From Idiomarina loihiensis L2TR (lineage in GTDB: Bacteria > Pseudomonadota > Gammaproteobacteria > Enterobacterales > Alteromonadaceae): a stretch of 32,000 bases of DNA. Positions 19,654 through 28,475 of this stretch are shown one piece after another. Within the stretch, counting starts at the first letter, position 1. Every line of letters starts with the position of its first letter. The notes beneath the pieces were generated by a model, which saw nothing but the letters and a program-made list of their open reading frames with translations, had not been told where the DNA came from and ran no database searches. Where the stretch lies: NCBI RefSeq assembly GCF_000008465.1, contig NC_006512.1:1410001-1442000 (forward strand), given 5' to 3'. Both the position numbers and the translations under genes were made by a program.

Positions 19654-21504
19654 ATGCGCTCAATCTTCAGTTATTTGTGGAAAATAATCAACGGTACGCG
19701 CAAGGTCATTTTGAACCTTGTATTCTTTTTAATCCTCGCGGTTTTTCTCGTTAGTCTATTTAGCGGAGAGGATCCTATCGAAGTACCGGAGAATGGCATT
19801 CTGGTTCTTAACCCTAATGGCATGCTGGTTGAAGAGAAGACTTGGGTTGATCCTTTTAGTCAATTCCTGAATGAAGCTATGGGAAGCAGTGATGATATCC
19901 CCGAAGTTCTGTTATCTGATGTGGTCGACTCAATTGAGAAAGCCAAAACAGACGAACGTATAGGCGCACTGTATTTAAACTTACAAAACTTGTACCCAAG
20001 CGGACTCAATAAGTTACAGGCAGTTGCCGAGGCTCTTGACGATTTCCGTACCTCTGGTAAACCCATTATCAGTAATGCTGATTACTATGATCAGCATCAG
20101 TATTATCTTGCAGCGCATGCAGATCAGCTTTACCTAAACCCAATGGGCGGAGTTGTATTTGAAGGGCTTGATTACACTCAACTTTACTTTAAGGACTTAC
20201 TCGACAAGCTTAAAGTTCAGCCTCAAGTCTTTAAGGTCGGTAAATTTAAAGCGGCTGTTGAACCTTTTATTCGTAACGACATGTCTGATGAAGCACGTGA
20301 AGCCAATGAGTTTCTTTATTCAGCTTTGTGGGATAGCTTCCGCACCGATGTGACAGCGGCCCGTAACATTAATCCGTTGGTTACCAGTGGTAAAGTTGAT
20401 GATTACATGTCGGCCTTTAACAGTGCCAATGGCGATATGGCCAAAATGGCGCTAGAAACAAACATGGTTGATGCGCTGCGTACACGTACCGAAGTTCGTA
20501 ACGAGCTCATCAATTTAGCCGGATACGACAAAGAAGAAGATACCTTCCGTCATATTACCTACGACAACTATCTGGCGACTGAAATGGAAGTCCCGGAAAG
20601 CCTGCAACCGACAGATCGTAGCCAGATCGCGGTTGTTGTTGCTCGTGGGCAAATCGTTAACGGTTCGCAAAAAGCCGGTATGATTGGTGGTGACAGCACC
20701 GCAAAACTGATTCGTGAAGCACGCAATAACAAGCAGACGAAAGCGATTGTGCTGCGCATAGACAGCCCCGGCGGAAGTGCCTTTGCCTCTGAAATTATCC
20801 GTCAGGAAATCCTCCAGGCAAAAGAAGCCGGTATTCCGGTTGTGGCATCAATGAGCACCGTGGCAGCATCTGGTGGTTATTGGATAGCAGCAGATGCCGA
20901 TAAAATTGTGGCCGCACCAACTACCATTACCGGTTCAATTGGTGTCTTTGGCCTGTTAATGACTTTAGAAGACAGTCTGGCTGCTATTGGCGTTCATAGC
21001 GATACTGTCAGTACGACTGAGATACAAGGTTTAAATCCACTGGAAGAAATGACTGAGTACCAAAAGAAATTGGTGCAAAGCTCGGTTGAAGCCACCTATG
21101 AAGACTTTTTGACTATTGTCAGCAAAGCTCGCAACATGTCCCGCGACGATGTGCATGAAGTTGCTCAGGGCCGCATCTGGACGGGTAAACAAGCAATGGA
21201 GCGTGGATTAGTTGACCAACTTGGAGACTTTGACGACTCAGTAGCGGCGGCCGCTGAGCTGGCAGCCATTGATGATTACGATGTAAAAATTGTTCAACAA
21301 GAGTTGTCATCGAAAGAGCAATTTTTTGCCAACATGTTTAACAGCTCTTCAGAGTATCTCCCTGTTCCATCTGTTGGTGGTGAGGCTCAACACTGGTTAA
21401 TGGGTACACTTAATAAAGTGAAATCTGAAACTGCGGTTTTACAAAACTTTAATGATCCTAAAAATGTTTACTCTTACTGTGCACTCTGCCTTCAACCGCG
21501 ATAG
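19654..21504 (+). CDS. sppA: signal peptide peptidase A (protease IV, S49)
   Basis: 616 aa (E. coli 618) with an N-terminal TM helix, tandem S49 domains, and DSPGGSAFASE and AASGGYW motifs. Confidence 0.9.
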   Translation: MRSIFSYLWKIINGTRKVILNLVFFLILAVFLVSLFSGEDPIEVPENGILVLNPNGMLVEEKTWVDPFSQFLNEAMGSSDDIPEVLLSDVVDSIEKAKTDERIGALYLNLQNLYPSGLNKLQAVAEALDDFRTSGKPIISNADYYDQHQYYLAAHADQLYLNPMGGVVFEGLDYTQLYFKDLLDKLKVQPQVFKVGKFKAAVEPFIRNDMSDEAREANEFLYSALWDSFRTDVTAARNINPLVTSGKVDDYMSAFNSANGDMAKMALETNMVDALRTRTEVRNELINLAGYDKEEDTFRHITYDNYLATEMEVPESLQPTDRSQIAVVVARGQIVNGSQKAGMIGGDSTAKLIREARNNKQTKAIVLRIDSPGGSAFASEIIRQEILQAKEAGIPVVASMSTVAASGGYWIAADADKIVAAPTTITGSIGVFGLLMTLEDSLAAIGVHSDTVSTTEIQGLNPLEEMTEYQKKLVQSSVEATYEDFLTIVSKARNMSRDDVHEVAQGRIWTGKQAMERGLVDQLGDFDDSVAAAAELAAIDDYDVKIVQQELSSKEQFFANMFNSSSEYLPVPSVGGEAQHWLMGTLNKVKSETAVLQNFNDPKNVYSYCALCLQPR

Positions 21505-21517
21505 AATTATCGCGGTT
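21494..21517 (+). terminator. 10-bp hairpin over the sppA stop codon; possible partial terminator or attenuator before ansA
   Basis: AACCGCGATA-GAAT-TATCGCGGTT followed by ATTTCGC, a weak U-tract. The sppA TAG stop (21502-21504) lies at the stem/loop boundary. Confidence 0.4.
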
Positions 21518-21542
21518 ATTTCGCAGAGCACAGGAGTGAACT

Positions 21543-22556
21543 TTGCCTCGTAAAAAGATTTATGTCGCATACACTGGCGGCACCATAGGTATGAAAAAAT
21601 CAGCTCAGGGTTATGTTCCGGTTGCGGGACACCTGAGCCGGTGCGTTGAAAACATGCCGGAGTTTTTCCGGGAAGAAATGCCCGAATTTACCATTAATGA
21701 ATATTCACCATTAATGGACTCATCAAATATGGCGCCGTCTGACTGGGTGACCATTGCTCGTGATATAGAAAGGAACTACGACGATTACGATGGTTTCGTC
21801 ATTTTGCACGGTACCGATACCATGGCTTATACGGCGTCGGCTTTGTCCTTTATGCTACAAAATTTGAGTAAACCCGTTATTGTAACTGGTTCACAGATAC
21901 CTTTAGCCGCCCTGCGATCTGATGGACAGACCAACTTGCTCAATTCGCTTTATGTGGCTGCGAACTACCCTATTCCTGAAGTTGGTTTGTTCTTTAATAA
22001 TACGCTTTACCGGGGGAATCGCTCGACCAAAGCAGACGCTAACGGATTTAATGCTTTTGCCTCCCCTAACTACCCTTCCTTACTTGAAGCAGGAATCCAG
22101 ATTCAGTTAAACGCAGGAGAGCTCTCAGAGCCCTCAAACCAGCCATTAAAAGTCATTGAAATGACCCCTCAGCCAATCGGTGTGGTCATGCTTTATCCGG
22201 GAATATCCGCTGAAATTATAAAAAACCAGCTGCAACAACCGGTAAAAGCCATGATTCTACAAAGCTACGGTGTCGGCAATGCGCCACAAGACGATGCACT
22301 GCTGACTAGCCTGAAAGAAGGAATTAACCAGGGGATTACCATTCTAAACTGTACTCAATGCTTTCGCGGCCGGGTCAATATGGACGGCTATGCGACCGGC
22401 AATGCTCTGGCTGAAATAGGTATCGTGTCCGGGGCAAATATGACCATTGAGGCGGCACTGACTAAATTGCATTATCTGCTGTCACAAGATTTGAGCCTGA
22501 GTAAAATGCAGAAATTGTTACAGAAGAATTTACGTGGCGAATTAACTCCGCCATAA
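21543..22556 (+). CDS. ansA: cytoplasmic L-asparaginase I
   Basis: 337 aa with VAYTGGTIGM (Thr nucleophile) and LHGTDTMAYTAS. TTG start with AGGAGTG SD. Follows sppA as in E. coli. Confidence 0.9.
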   Translation: MPRKKIYVAYTGGTIGMKKSAQGYVPVAGHLSRCVENMPEFFREEMPEFTINEYSPLMDSSNMAPSDWVTIARDIERNYDDYDGFVILHGTDTMAYTASALSFMLQNLSKPVIVTGSQIPLAALRSDGQTNLLNSLYVAANYPIPEVGLFFNNTLYRGNRSTKADANGFNAFASPNYPSLLEAGIQIQLNAGELSEPSNQPLKVIEMTPQPIGVVMLYPGISAEIIKNQLQQPVKAMILQSYGVGNAPQDDALLTSLKEGINQGITILNCTQCFRGRVNMDGYATGNALAEIGIVSGANMTIEAALTKLHYLLSQDLSLSKMQKLLQKNLRGELTPP

Positions 22557-22589
22557 TTTGACGCAGCTTAAATAATAATAAGAAAAATT

Positions 22590-23933
22590 ATGGCAAATTC
22601 ATCACCTGCGTTCGCAACACGATTAGGGTTTATATTAGCTGCCGCTGGCTCAGCGGTTGGTGTTGGTAATATTTGGGGCTTCCCTACCCAGGCCGCCAGT
22701 AATGGCGGCGGTGCTTTTCTATTGGTCTATCTGATTATGATTGTTTTACTGGCATACCCTATGCTGGTAGCCGAAATAACCATTGGCCGTATACGACGTC
22801 AGAACCCAATAGAAGCATTACGTAACTTATCCAGTAAACCCTTTTTAAGAGGCTCAGGTGCTATCGCCGGGGTCATCGGCCTTATTGTCTTAAGCTTAAT
22901 ATTGAGTTTTTACGCCATTGTATCGGGGTGGCTTGTTTCTTATATGCTGGCACCACTGATGGTTTTAATCGGTCAGCCTGAAACTGCTCTATGGTTTACA
23001 GAGTTTTCGGTTTCCCGAAATATAACTACCATGATATTTTTTATGCTGTTAACCGTTTACGTTGTACGTTCTGGTGTAAACAACGGCATAGAACGCTGGT
23101 CCAGACGATTAATGCCATTATTGTTCATATTGTTGATTGGCATGTCCGCTTACATTTTAACGCAGGACGGTGCGATACAGGGCCTGAAAATGTATCTGCT
23201 TCCCGACTTCTCAACAATTACCGATCCGAACCTGATTATTCGGGCTATGGGGCAGGCATTCTTCTCTTTGTCGCTCGGTGTTTGTGTCATGATGACGTAC
23301 GGTGCGTACCTTTCAAACTCCGAGAACATACCCAAAACAGCAGCCTGGGTAGCAGGCATTGATACCAGCGTTGCGTTTTTAGCTGGCCTGCTCATTCTAC
23401 CAGCGATGTTCGTAGCACAATCTAATGGCATCACCATTTATGCAGACGATGGTACTCTGCTTTCGGCGGATACTTTAGTTTTCACCGTATTACCTGCGAT
23501 GTTTGATGCACTAGGTTACGCTGGACTATTTATGTCTTTTGGCTTTTTCCTGCTAATGGTTATTGCCGCTATTACCTCATCTATTTCTATGCTGGAAGCA
23601 CCGGTCAATGCATTACGCGAAGAAGCAAACTGCGACCGTAGTAGTGGCGTCTGGATCATTGCGCTTATCGTAACCGCTATTTCCACGACGATAATCTATA
23701 ATTTTGAGTTACTTTTTGGCGCCGTTATTACCTTTAGCACGGTTTATATGCAACCAATAATGGCTTTAGTGTTCGGTGTTATGCTGACCTGGGTATTACG
23801 TCAAAATTATTTATTAAAAGCGTTAAAACAAGGCTCACCAGACATTGATAAAAGCTTATTCTGGAAGGTATGGCCGTGGTACGTAAAGTTCATTTGTCCG
23901 ATACTGATTCTGCTAGTTATCTGGCGCGGTTAA
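22590..23933 (+). CDS. sodium-dependent neurotransmitter:sodium symporter (NSS/SNF) family transporter, substrate unknown
   Basis: 447 aa polytopic membrane protein with the NSS signature GSAVGVGNIWGFP near the N-terminus. It is 33 nt downstream of ansA with no intervening hairpin. Confidence 0.8.
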   Translation: MANSSPAFATRLGFILAAAGSAVGVGNIWGFPTQAASNGGGAFLLVYLIMIVLLAYPMLVAEITIGRIRRQNPIEALRNLSSKPFLRGSGAIAGVIGLIVLSLILSFYAIVSGWLVSYMLAPLMVLIGQPETALWFTEFSVSRNITTMIFFMLLTVYVVRSGVNNGIERWSRRLMPLLFILLIGMSAYILTQDGAIQGLKMYLLPDFSTITDPNLIIRAMGQAFFSLSLGVCVMMTYGAYLSNSENIPKTAAWVAGIDTSVAFLAGLLILPAMFVAQSNGITIYADDGTLLSADTLVFTVLPAMFDALGYAGLFMSFGFFLLMVIAAITSSISMLEAPVNALREEANCDRSSGVWIIALIVTAISTTIIYNFELLFGAVITFSTVYMQPIMALVFGVMLTWVLRQNYLLKALKQGSPDIDKSLFWKVWPWYVKFICPILILLVIWRG

Positions 23934-23944
23934 TAACCGTTGCA

Positions 23945-23976
23945 AAGGCTCTTCAATAAGTTGAAGAGCCTTTTTT
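23945..23976 (+). terminator. intrinsic terminator after the NSS transporter (may also act weakly on convergent prpD)
   Basis: AAGGCTCTTCAA-TAAG-TTGAAGAGCCTT, a 12-bp stem; the T run (6 T, 23971-23976) begins within its 3' arm. Confidence 0.75.
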
Positions 23977-23987
23977 CTATAAGCCAA

Positions 23988-25472
23988 TTAGATAACAAAC
24001 ATATCCATAAATTCGTTAACCGCAATATTTTCAAAAGATTGCTGCTGACTGCATTGGTCAAAAATCGATTTAACCCGGGGCTCAGGGAAACGAGTAGCTA
24101 AATTCGCTTTAAACTTGCTTTCTAGCACAGGAAAGCCCTCTTCCCGACGCCGTCTGTGGCCTATCGGATATTCCACCACAACTTTTTCAGTATGAGTTCC
24201 ATCTTTGAAGAATACCTGTAACGCATTGGCTATAGAACGCTTTTCCGGGTCGTGATAATCCTGGCTAAATTGCTTATCTTCAAGCACTTCAATTTTTTCA
24301 CGTATGCTATCAATAACCGGGTTATTTTCATGAAAACTATTCTCGTAGTGATCAGCTGTTAACTCGCCGAAAATTAGCGGTACCGCAGTCATGTATTGCA
24401 AACAATGATCTCTGTCCGCCGGATTAGCCAGCTTCCCCTGTTTTGAAATGATTCTAATAGCCGACTCATGAGTCGTTATCTCAACTTTCTCAATATCATC
24501 AATTCTGCCTTTAACTTCTGAGTGCAATGTCACCGCAGCTTCACAGGCAGTCTGAGCATGAAACTCCGCCGGGAAAGACAATTTAAATAAAATATTTTCC
24601 ATTACGTAACTGCCGTAGTCACGCTGAAACTTAAATTTCCAATCCTCTTTCGGTTTCAACTGCTGGTCTTTATTGGTCTTATTAAACAGCACATCGTAAA
24701 AGCCCCACTGCGGAGCCGTTAATGCCCCGGGAATTCCCATTTCACCGCGCATGGTTATGTCGGCCAAACGTACAGCTCTTGATGTGGCATCGCCGGCAGC
24801 CCAGGATTTACGCGAACCGGCATTAGGTGCGTGCCGATAGGTTCTCAACGACTGACCATCAACCCAGGCTTGCGAGACAGCGGCCATAATCTGCTCTCTG
24901 GAGCCGTCCATTAACCAGGTAACCACAGCTGTCGAGGCCACCTTCACCAACACAACATGGTCCAGACCAACCCGGTTAAAACTGTTTTCTATGGCTAAAT
25001 TACCCTGAATTTCATGAGCTTTAATCATCGCTTCTAAAACGGTTTTCATGGTTAAAGGCTTCTCGCCTTTTGATACGCGCTTTTGCGAAATATAGTCAGC
25101 GGTTGCCAGTATGCCGCCCAAATTATCGGAGGGGTGTCCCCACTCGGCTGCCAGCCAGGTGTCATTAAAGTCTAGCCAACGAATAATACAACCTATATCC
25201 CAGGCTGCTTTAGCAGGGTCCATACGAAATTGAGTTCCCGGTACCCGGGCGCCGCTTGGAACCGTGGTTCCTTCAACCAGGGGGCCTAAATGTTTACTGC
25301 ATTCAGGAAAACGCAGCGCTAGTAAGCCACACCCCAGGGTATCCATCAGGCAGTTACGAGCCGTATTCCACGCTTCCTCACTGTCTACTTTGTAATCGAT
25401 AACATAGTCTGCAATGGTTTGAATGACTTCGTCGTAGTCGGGACGTTCATTACTTTCAACGGTTGTACTCAT
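23988..25472 (-). CDS. prpD: 2-methylcitrate dehydratase
   Basis: Closely collinear with E. coli PrpD as recalled ([94 protein letters not shown]). I prefer the ATG at 25472 (AAGGAG 6 nt upstream) over the GTG at 25475. Confidence 0.92.
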   Translation of the reverse strand: MSTTVESNERPDYDEVIQTIADYVIDYKVDSEEAWNTARNCLMDTLGCGLLALRFPECSKHLGPLVEGTTVPSGARVPGTQFRMDPAKAAWDIGCIIRWLDFNDTWLAAEWGHPSDNLGGILATADYISQKRVSKGEKPLTMKTVLEAMIKAHEIQGNLAIENSFNRVGLDHVVLVKVASTAVVTWLMDGSREQIMAAVSQAWVDGQSLRTYRHAPNAGSRKSWAAGDATSRAVRLADITMRGEMGIPGALTAPQWGFYDVLFNKTNKDQQLKPKEDWKFKFQRDYGSYVMENILFKLSFPAEFHAQTACEAAVTLHSEVKGRIDDIEKVEITTHESAIRIISKQGKLANPADRDHCLQYMTAVPLIFGELTADHYENSFHENNPVIDSIREKIEVLEDKQFSQDYHDPEKRSIANALQVFFKDGTHTEKVVVEYPIGHRRRREEGFPVLESKFKANLATRFPEPRVKSIFDQCSQQQSFENIAVNEFMDMFVI

Positions 25473-25494
25473 CACTGACTCCTTAGTTAACTTT

Positions 25495-25523
25495 ATTATC
25501 AGAACGTGCTACTCGTTTGTCTA
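25495..25523 (-). promoter_or_regulatory. sigma-70 type promoter candidate for prpD
   Basis: The minus strand reads TAGACA-N17-GATAAT, about 25 nt upstream of the prpD start codon. Confidence 0.4.
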
Positions 25524-25586
25524 TATGTACCCTGAAAAGTGCCTTTTTGATCGCCATGAACTGTTAAGAAACAGGAGGAAAAGGAT

Positions 25587-25622
25587 AAAAAAAACCCGGA
25601 ACCAATCCAGATTGTTCCGGGT
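25587..25622 (-). terminator. strong intrinsic terminator about 190 nt downstream of the tatD stop
   Basis: The minus strand reads ACCCGGAAC-(11 nt)-GTTCCGGGT, a 9-bp GC-rich stem, followed by 8 T. Confidence 0.75.
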
Positions 25623-25713
25623 ATAGGGGAATGGCTCAAAGGTTGAGCCGTGCGCTAACTCATGACAAAAACACTGCATTAGGTCGCATAAAATTCATTC
25701 GGTAAACTTCAGT

Positions 25714-25746
25714 TTAGACAATATCAAAGGGATGTCTAATTTTTTT
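25714..25746 (+). terminator. weak plus-strand terminator-like hairpin in the prpD/tatD gap
   Basis: TTAGACA-(12 nt)-TGTCTAA followed by 7 T. The stem is AT-rich and only 7 bp, and no upstream plus-strand gene is evident. Confidence 0.25.
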
Positions 25747-25814
25747 AAGAAATTTTTTATCTTACTGTTTTTGAATAATTTTAACCAAAAAGAACACAGG
25801 TTATACACAGCTAA

Positions 25815-26603
25815 TTAAGAGTTAGCGAACAGTTTATAATAGTTAGCTGTCGTGGTCTTAGCCACCTCTTCTAACGTAATGCCTTTTACGTCAGCCACGC
25901 ATTTTGCAACGTCGACAACATAGGCTGGCTGGTTCTCTTTACCACGATGAGGAACCGGCGCTAACCAGGGACTGTCGGTCTCAATTAAAAGTTTTTCCAG
26001 TGGCAATGCTTTGATTGTGTCACGCAGTTCCTGAGCGTTCCGGAACGAAGCAATACCGGAAATAGAAATAAAGAAATCGAGATCATCAATGGCTTTTTTT
26101 GCCATCTCAAGAGACTCGGTAAAACAATGCAAGACACCACCAGGCTTTTCAGCATGGCCATTTCTTAATAATGACAAGGTGTCCTGCTGAGCATCGCGCG
26201 TATGAATAATCAGTGGTTTGTTAACGTCGTTGGCTATTTCAATATGTTGCTCGAAATTCTCCTGCTGTAGTACTTTTGATTCAGGATGGTAAAAGTAATC
26301 GAGCCCGGTCTCTCCTACCGCAACAACGCTATTCAGTGCTGTTAGCTCACGCAATTTAGCACCTAACTCAGCTATTGGAGTCTTACTGTCTTTCACATAC
26401 AGAGGATGCACACCACAAGAAATTGAAACATCATCGAATTCGGCCACAGCAAACTGCATGGCTGGAAAGTCTTCGAGGGTAACGCATACACACAGCATGT
26501 GTTCAACCTTATTCGCACGTGCCGCTGCAACAATTTCTTTTAAATCGGCACCCGCTTTTTCAGGGTTGATTTTATCCAAATGACAGTGTGAGTCGACGAA
26601 CAT
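25815..26603 (-). CDS. tatD: TatD-family metal-dependent deoxyribonuclease/hydrolase (YcfH orthologue)
   Basis: Motifs MFVDSHCHLD, GETGLDY and ETDSPWLAPVPHRGKENQPA; follows holB as E. coli ycfH does. I prefer the ATG at 26603 (GGAG 6 nt upstream) over the GTG at 26615. Confidence 0.9.
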   Translation of the reverse strand: MFVDSHCHLDKINPEKAGADLKEIVAAARANKVEHMLCVCVTLEDFPAMQFAVAEFDDVSISCGVHPLYVKDSKTPIAELGAKLRELTALNSVVAVGETGLDYFYHPESKVLQQENFEQHIEIANDVNKPLIIHTRDAQQDTLSLLRNGHAEKPGGVLHCFTESLEMAKKAIDDLDFFISISGIASFRNAQELRDTIKALPLEKLLIETDSPWLAPVPHRGKENQPAYVVDVAKCVADVKGITLEEVAKTTTANYYKLFANS

Positions 26604-26615
26604 AGATAGCTCCAC

Positions 26616-26972
26616 TTAGCGTTGATTTGAGTGACAAAAGTCGTTAACCAGTTGGTGGAAGAGTTTACCATATTCGTTTGTATGATGGCGGCAAAGGTAA
26701 CGAAGATGATGAATCAAGGCTTGCTGTGAAGGCAGAACAGCGACAGCCAACCAGTTCTTTAGTTCTCCAGCCTCAAAACGAAAAACCACGCTCACCTCTA
26801 AAAATAGAGGTTTACCTCCTACGTCCGGGCATTGGAACTCTAATCTGGCTCTGTCATCTACCGCAATATCGGTTGTTTCGCTGTTGATCAGCAAAGTAAG
26901 GGACTGAAATTCAGGAACAACATGAGCAGCAAGCTCTGTTGCGGATTGTGGGCTTAATTTTAGCGTCAGCAT
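26616..26972 (-). CDS. hypothetical 118-aa protein in the holB-tatD slot; possibly a divergent non-canonical PilZ-like protein
   Basis: The ORF exactly fills the holB-tatD gap and has its own SD. This is the position occupied by type IV pilus PilZ in Pseudomonas (tmk-holB-pilZ). Similarity to PilZ is only a weak pattern (LTLKL..LAAHVVPEF vs LSLTI..YAAYMPF). No RxxxR or D/NxSxxG motifs are present. Confidence 0.45.
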   Translation of the reverse strand: MLTLKLSPQSATELAAHVVPEFQSLTLLINSETTDIAVDDRARLEFQCPDVGGKPLFLEVSVVFRFEAGELKNWLAVAVLPSQQALIHHLRYLCRHHTNEYGKLFHQLVNDFCHSNQR

Positions 26973-26976
26973 TACA

Positions 26977-26993
26977 ACTCCGTTTTACGGAGT
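26977..26993 (-). promoter_or_regulatory. hairpin that sequesters the SD of the 118-aa ORF, 2 nt after the holB stop
   Basis: The minus strand reads TAG-cg-ACTCCGT-AAA-ACGGAGT-tgta-ATG. The GGAG SD lies in the 3' arm of the 7-bp stem. Confidence 0.35.
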
Positions 26994-26995
26994 CG

Positions 26996-27856
26996 CTACG
27001 CTGAAAGAGTATTTGACCAGCGACTCCAGGCAAAACTTAATAATAACGGCAAATTGATCCCCGTTGAGCCCTGATATCGCTGACGTAGCTGTCGGCATTC
27101 GGATACCCATTCACTCAGCTGCGCGACATTGACCCACTCATAGTTGCTGATGTGTTGTAATTCGTCCGCCAATTGCTGATAACGCAAACGCGTAGCCGCA
27201 GCTCGTTGGCTAATCAACAACCAATCCATTAATAAGTTCTCGGAAACATCCAGCCAGCTTAATGCGCCATCTTTATCTTTTAACAGGGGTAATTCCTGCT
27301 GTCCCCGTAGTCCGGCCAGCAGCTGCTTTGCAAAAGTCACCTGCTCGTCGCTTTGTGCGGTTGTCGGATAGGCAATGCTCAACCACTGCATACGGCTTCT
27401 TAAGGTGGGCAGTAAGCGCTCGGCATCTTTAGTTGAAACCAGCCAATGTGTATCGGCCGGAGGTTCTTCCAGAACTTTCAGCAGTGCGTTGCCAGCCTGT
27501 TCTGTCATTTTTTCCGCTTCGAGTATGACAGCGACTTTTAATCCGTTCTGGTTCGCTGTCTGCGTTACGTTTTGTTGCAATTCGCGTACCGTATCAACAC
27601 CTATTCGATTAACTTGTGCACCATCAATAGTCCAAGTATCCGGATGATTACCCGATAGGTAAAGTAAACAGGATTTACATTTCCCGCAGGCACTTTTGCC
27701 TGGTTGCTTACACAACAGAAATTGATTCAGGCGCTGAATAAACTCAGTCGAACCGCCCTCAACATTATGCTGTAAGTAGTACGCATGAGCCAGACGTCCG
27801 GCTTCAGCACTCGCTACTAATCTTAACCAGGGTTCTCGCAGCCAGGGAAAAGCCAT
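26996..27856 (-). CDS. holB: DNA polymerase III delta' subunit
   Basis: 286 aa with the CGKCKSCLL zinc module and LLKVLEEPP. Its TAATG junction overlaps the tmk stop. Confidence 0.85.
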   Translation of the reverse strand: MAFPWLREPWLRLVASAEAGRLAHAYYLQHNVEGGSTEFIQRLNQFLLCKQPGKSACGKCKSCLLYLSGNHPDTWTIDGAQVNRIGVDTVRELQQNVTQTANQNGLKVAVILEAEKMTEQAGNALLKVLEEPPADTHWLVSTKDAERLLPTLRSRMQWLSIAYPTTAQSDEQVTFAKQLLAGLRGQQELPLLKDKDGALSWLDVSENLLMDWLLISQRAAATRLRYQQLADELQHISNYEWVNVAQLSEWVSECRQLRQRYQGSTGINLPLLLSFAWSRWSNTLSA

Positions 27857-28473
27857 TAAAACAGATACTCCTCAATTGCTCTCAATATTGACTGATGCAC
27901 GTCCAGCATAGACTGATTCGCATCAATGACAATAATGCTCGGATCTTTAGCTGCAATATTTAAATAGCGTTGCCGGGTTCGTTGAAAAAAGGCTAAATCT
28001 TCTTCTTCAATACGATCCAGCTCCCCTCGCTCACGCGCTCGCTCAAGACCTTTCTTTTCTTCAACATCAAGTAGTAGTGTTAAATCTGGGGTGAAATTCC
28101 CTAAAGTGATTTTCCGGATCTTTTGCAACAATTCATCACCGAGTTCGCGCCCTCCCCCCTGGTAGGCTCTGGAAGATAAATCATGGCGATCACCAATAAC
28201 CCAACGGTTTTTGGATAACGCGGGTTTTATAATATTATCCACCAGCTGAACCCGGCTGGCATACATAAGTAAAAGCTCTGTCGTGGGGCTGACTTTTTCT
28301 TCCCACTTCTTTTTTACCAGATCCCGCAGCGATTCCGCTAACGGTGTACCGCCTGGTTCACGAACTGTTTCAACCTGGATTCCTTTCGCCTGAAGATGCG
28401 TGACAACACTTGCGATAGCCGAACTTTTACCGGCTCCTTCTAGTCCTTCAATAACAATAAACTTTCCTGACAT
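27856..28473 (-). CDS. tmk: thymidylate kinase
   Basis: MSGKFIVIEGLEGAGKSS P-loop and the DRH.LSS.AYQGG region. I prefer the ATG at 28473 over the GTG at 28479. Confidence 0.92.
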   Translation of the reverse strand: MSGKFIVIEGLEGAGKSSAIASVVTHLQAKGIQVETVREPGGTPLAESLRDLVKKKWEEKVSPTTELLLMYASRVQLVDNIIKPALSKNRWVIGDRHDLSSRAYQGGGRELGDELLQKIRKITLGNFTPDLTLLLDVEEKKGLERARERGELDRIEEEDLAFFQRTRQRYLNIAAKDPSIIVIDANQSMLDVHQSILRAIEEYLF

Positions 28474-28475
28474 AA

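Noticed and set aside
25530-25552. A sigma-54-like element (GGCAC-N..-GG) lies upstream of prpD, which would fit PrpR-type control of prp genes.
   Set aside because: Only the -24 GGCAC half matches. The -12 position reads AGGG instead of TTGC, no prpR is nearby, and a good sigma-70 TAGACA-N17-GATAAT lies closer to the gene.
25598-25606. The two minus-strand terminators (25587-25622 and 30266-30299) share the 10-mer CGGAACCAAT, which suggested a small repeat family.
   Set aside because: The similarity is confined to one stem arm and part of the loop. The flanks and the other arms differ, and there are only two copies. This is most simply chance among GC-rich terminator stems.
25631-25705. A 24-codon basic micro-ORF lies on the plus strand in the prpD/tatD gap.
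   Set aside because: The G-rich stretch sits directly against the ATG, which is poor SD spacing, and I can assess no conservation evidence. It is mentioned under the gap finding but not annotated as a CDS.
26616-26972. I considered calling the 118-aa ORF a c-di-GMP-binding PilZ receptor.
   Set aside because: The canonical RxxxR and D/NxSxxG motifs are absent. Only position and a faint N-terminal pattern support any PilZ relationship, so it is kept as hypothetical / PilZ-like.
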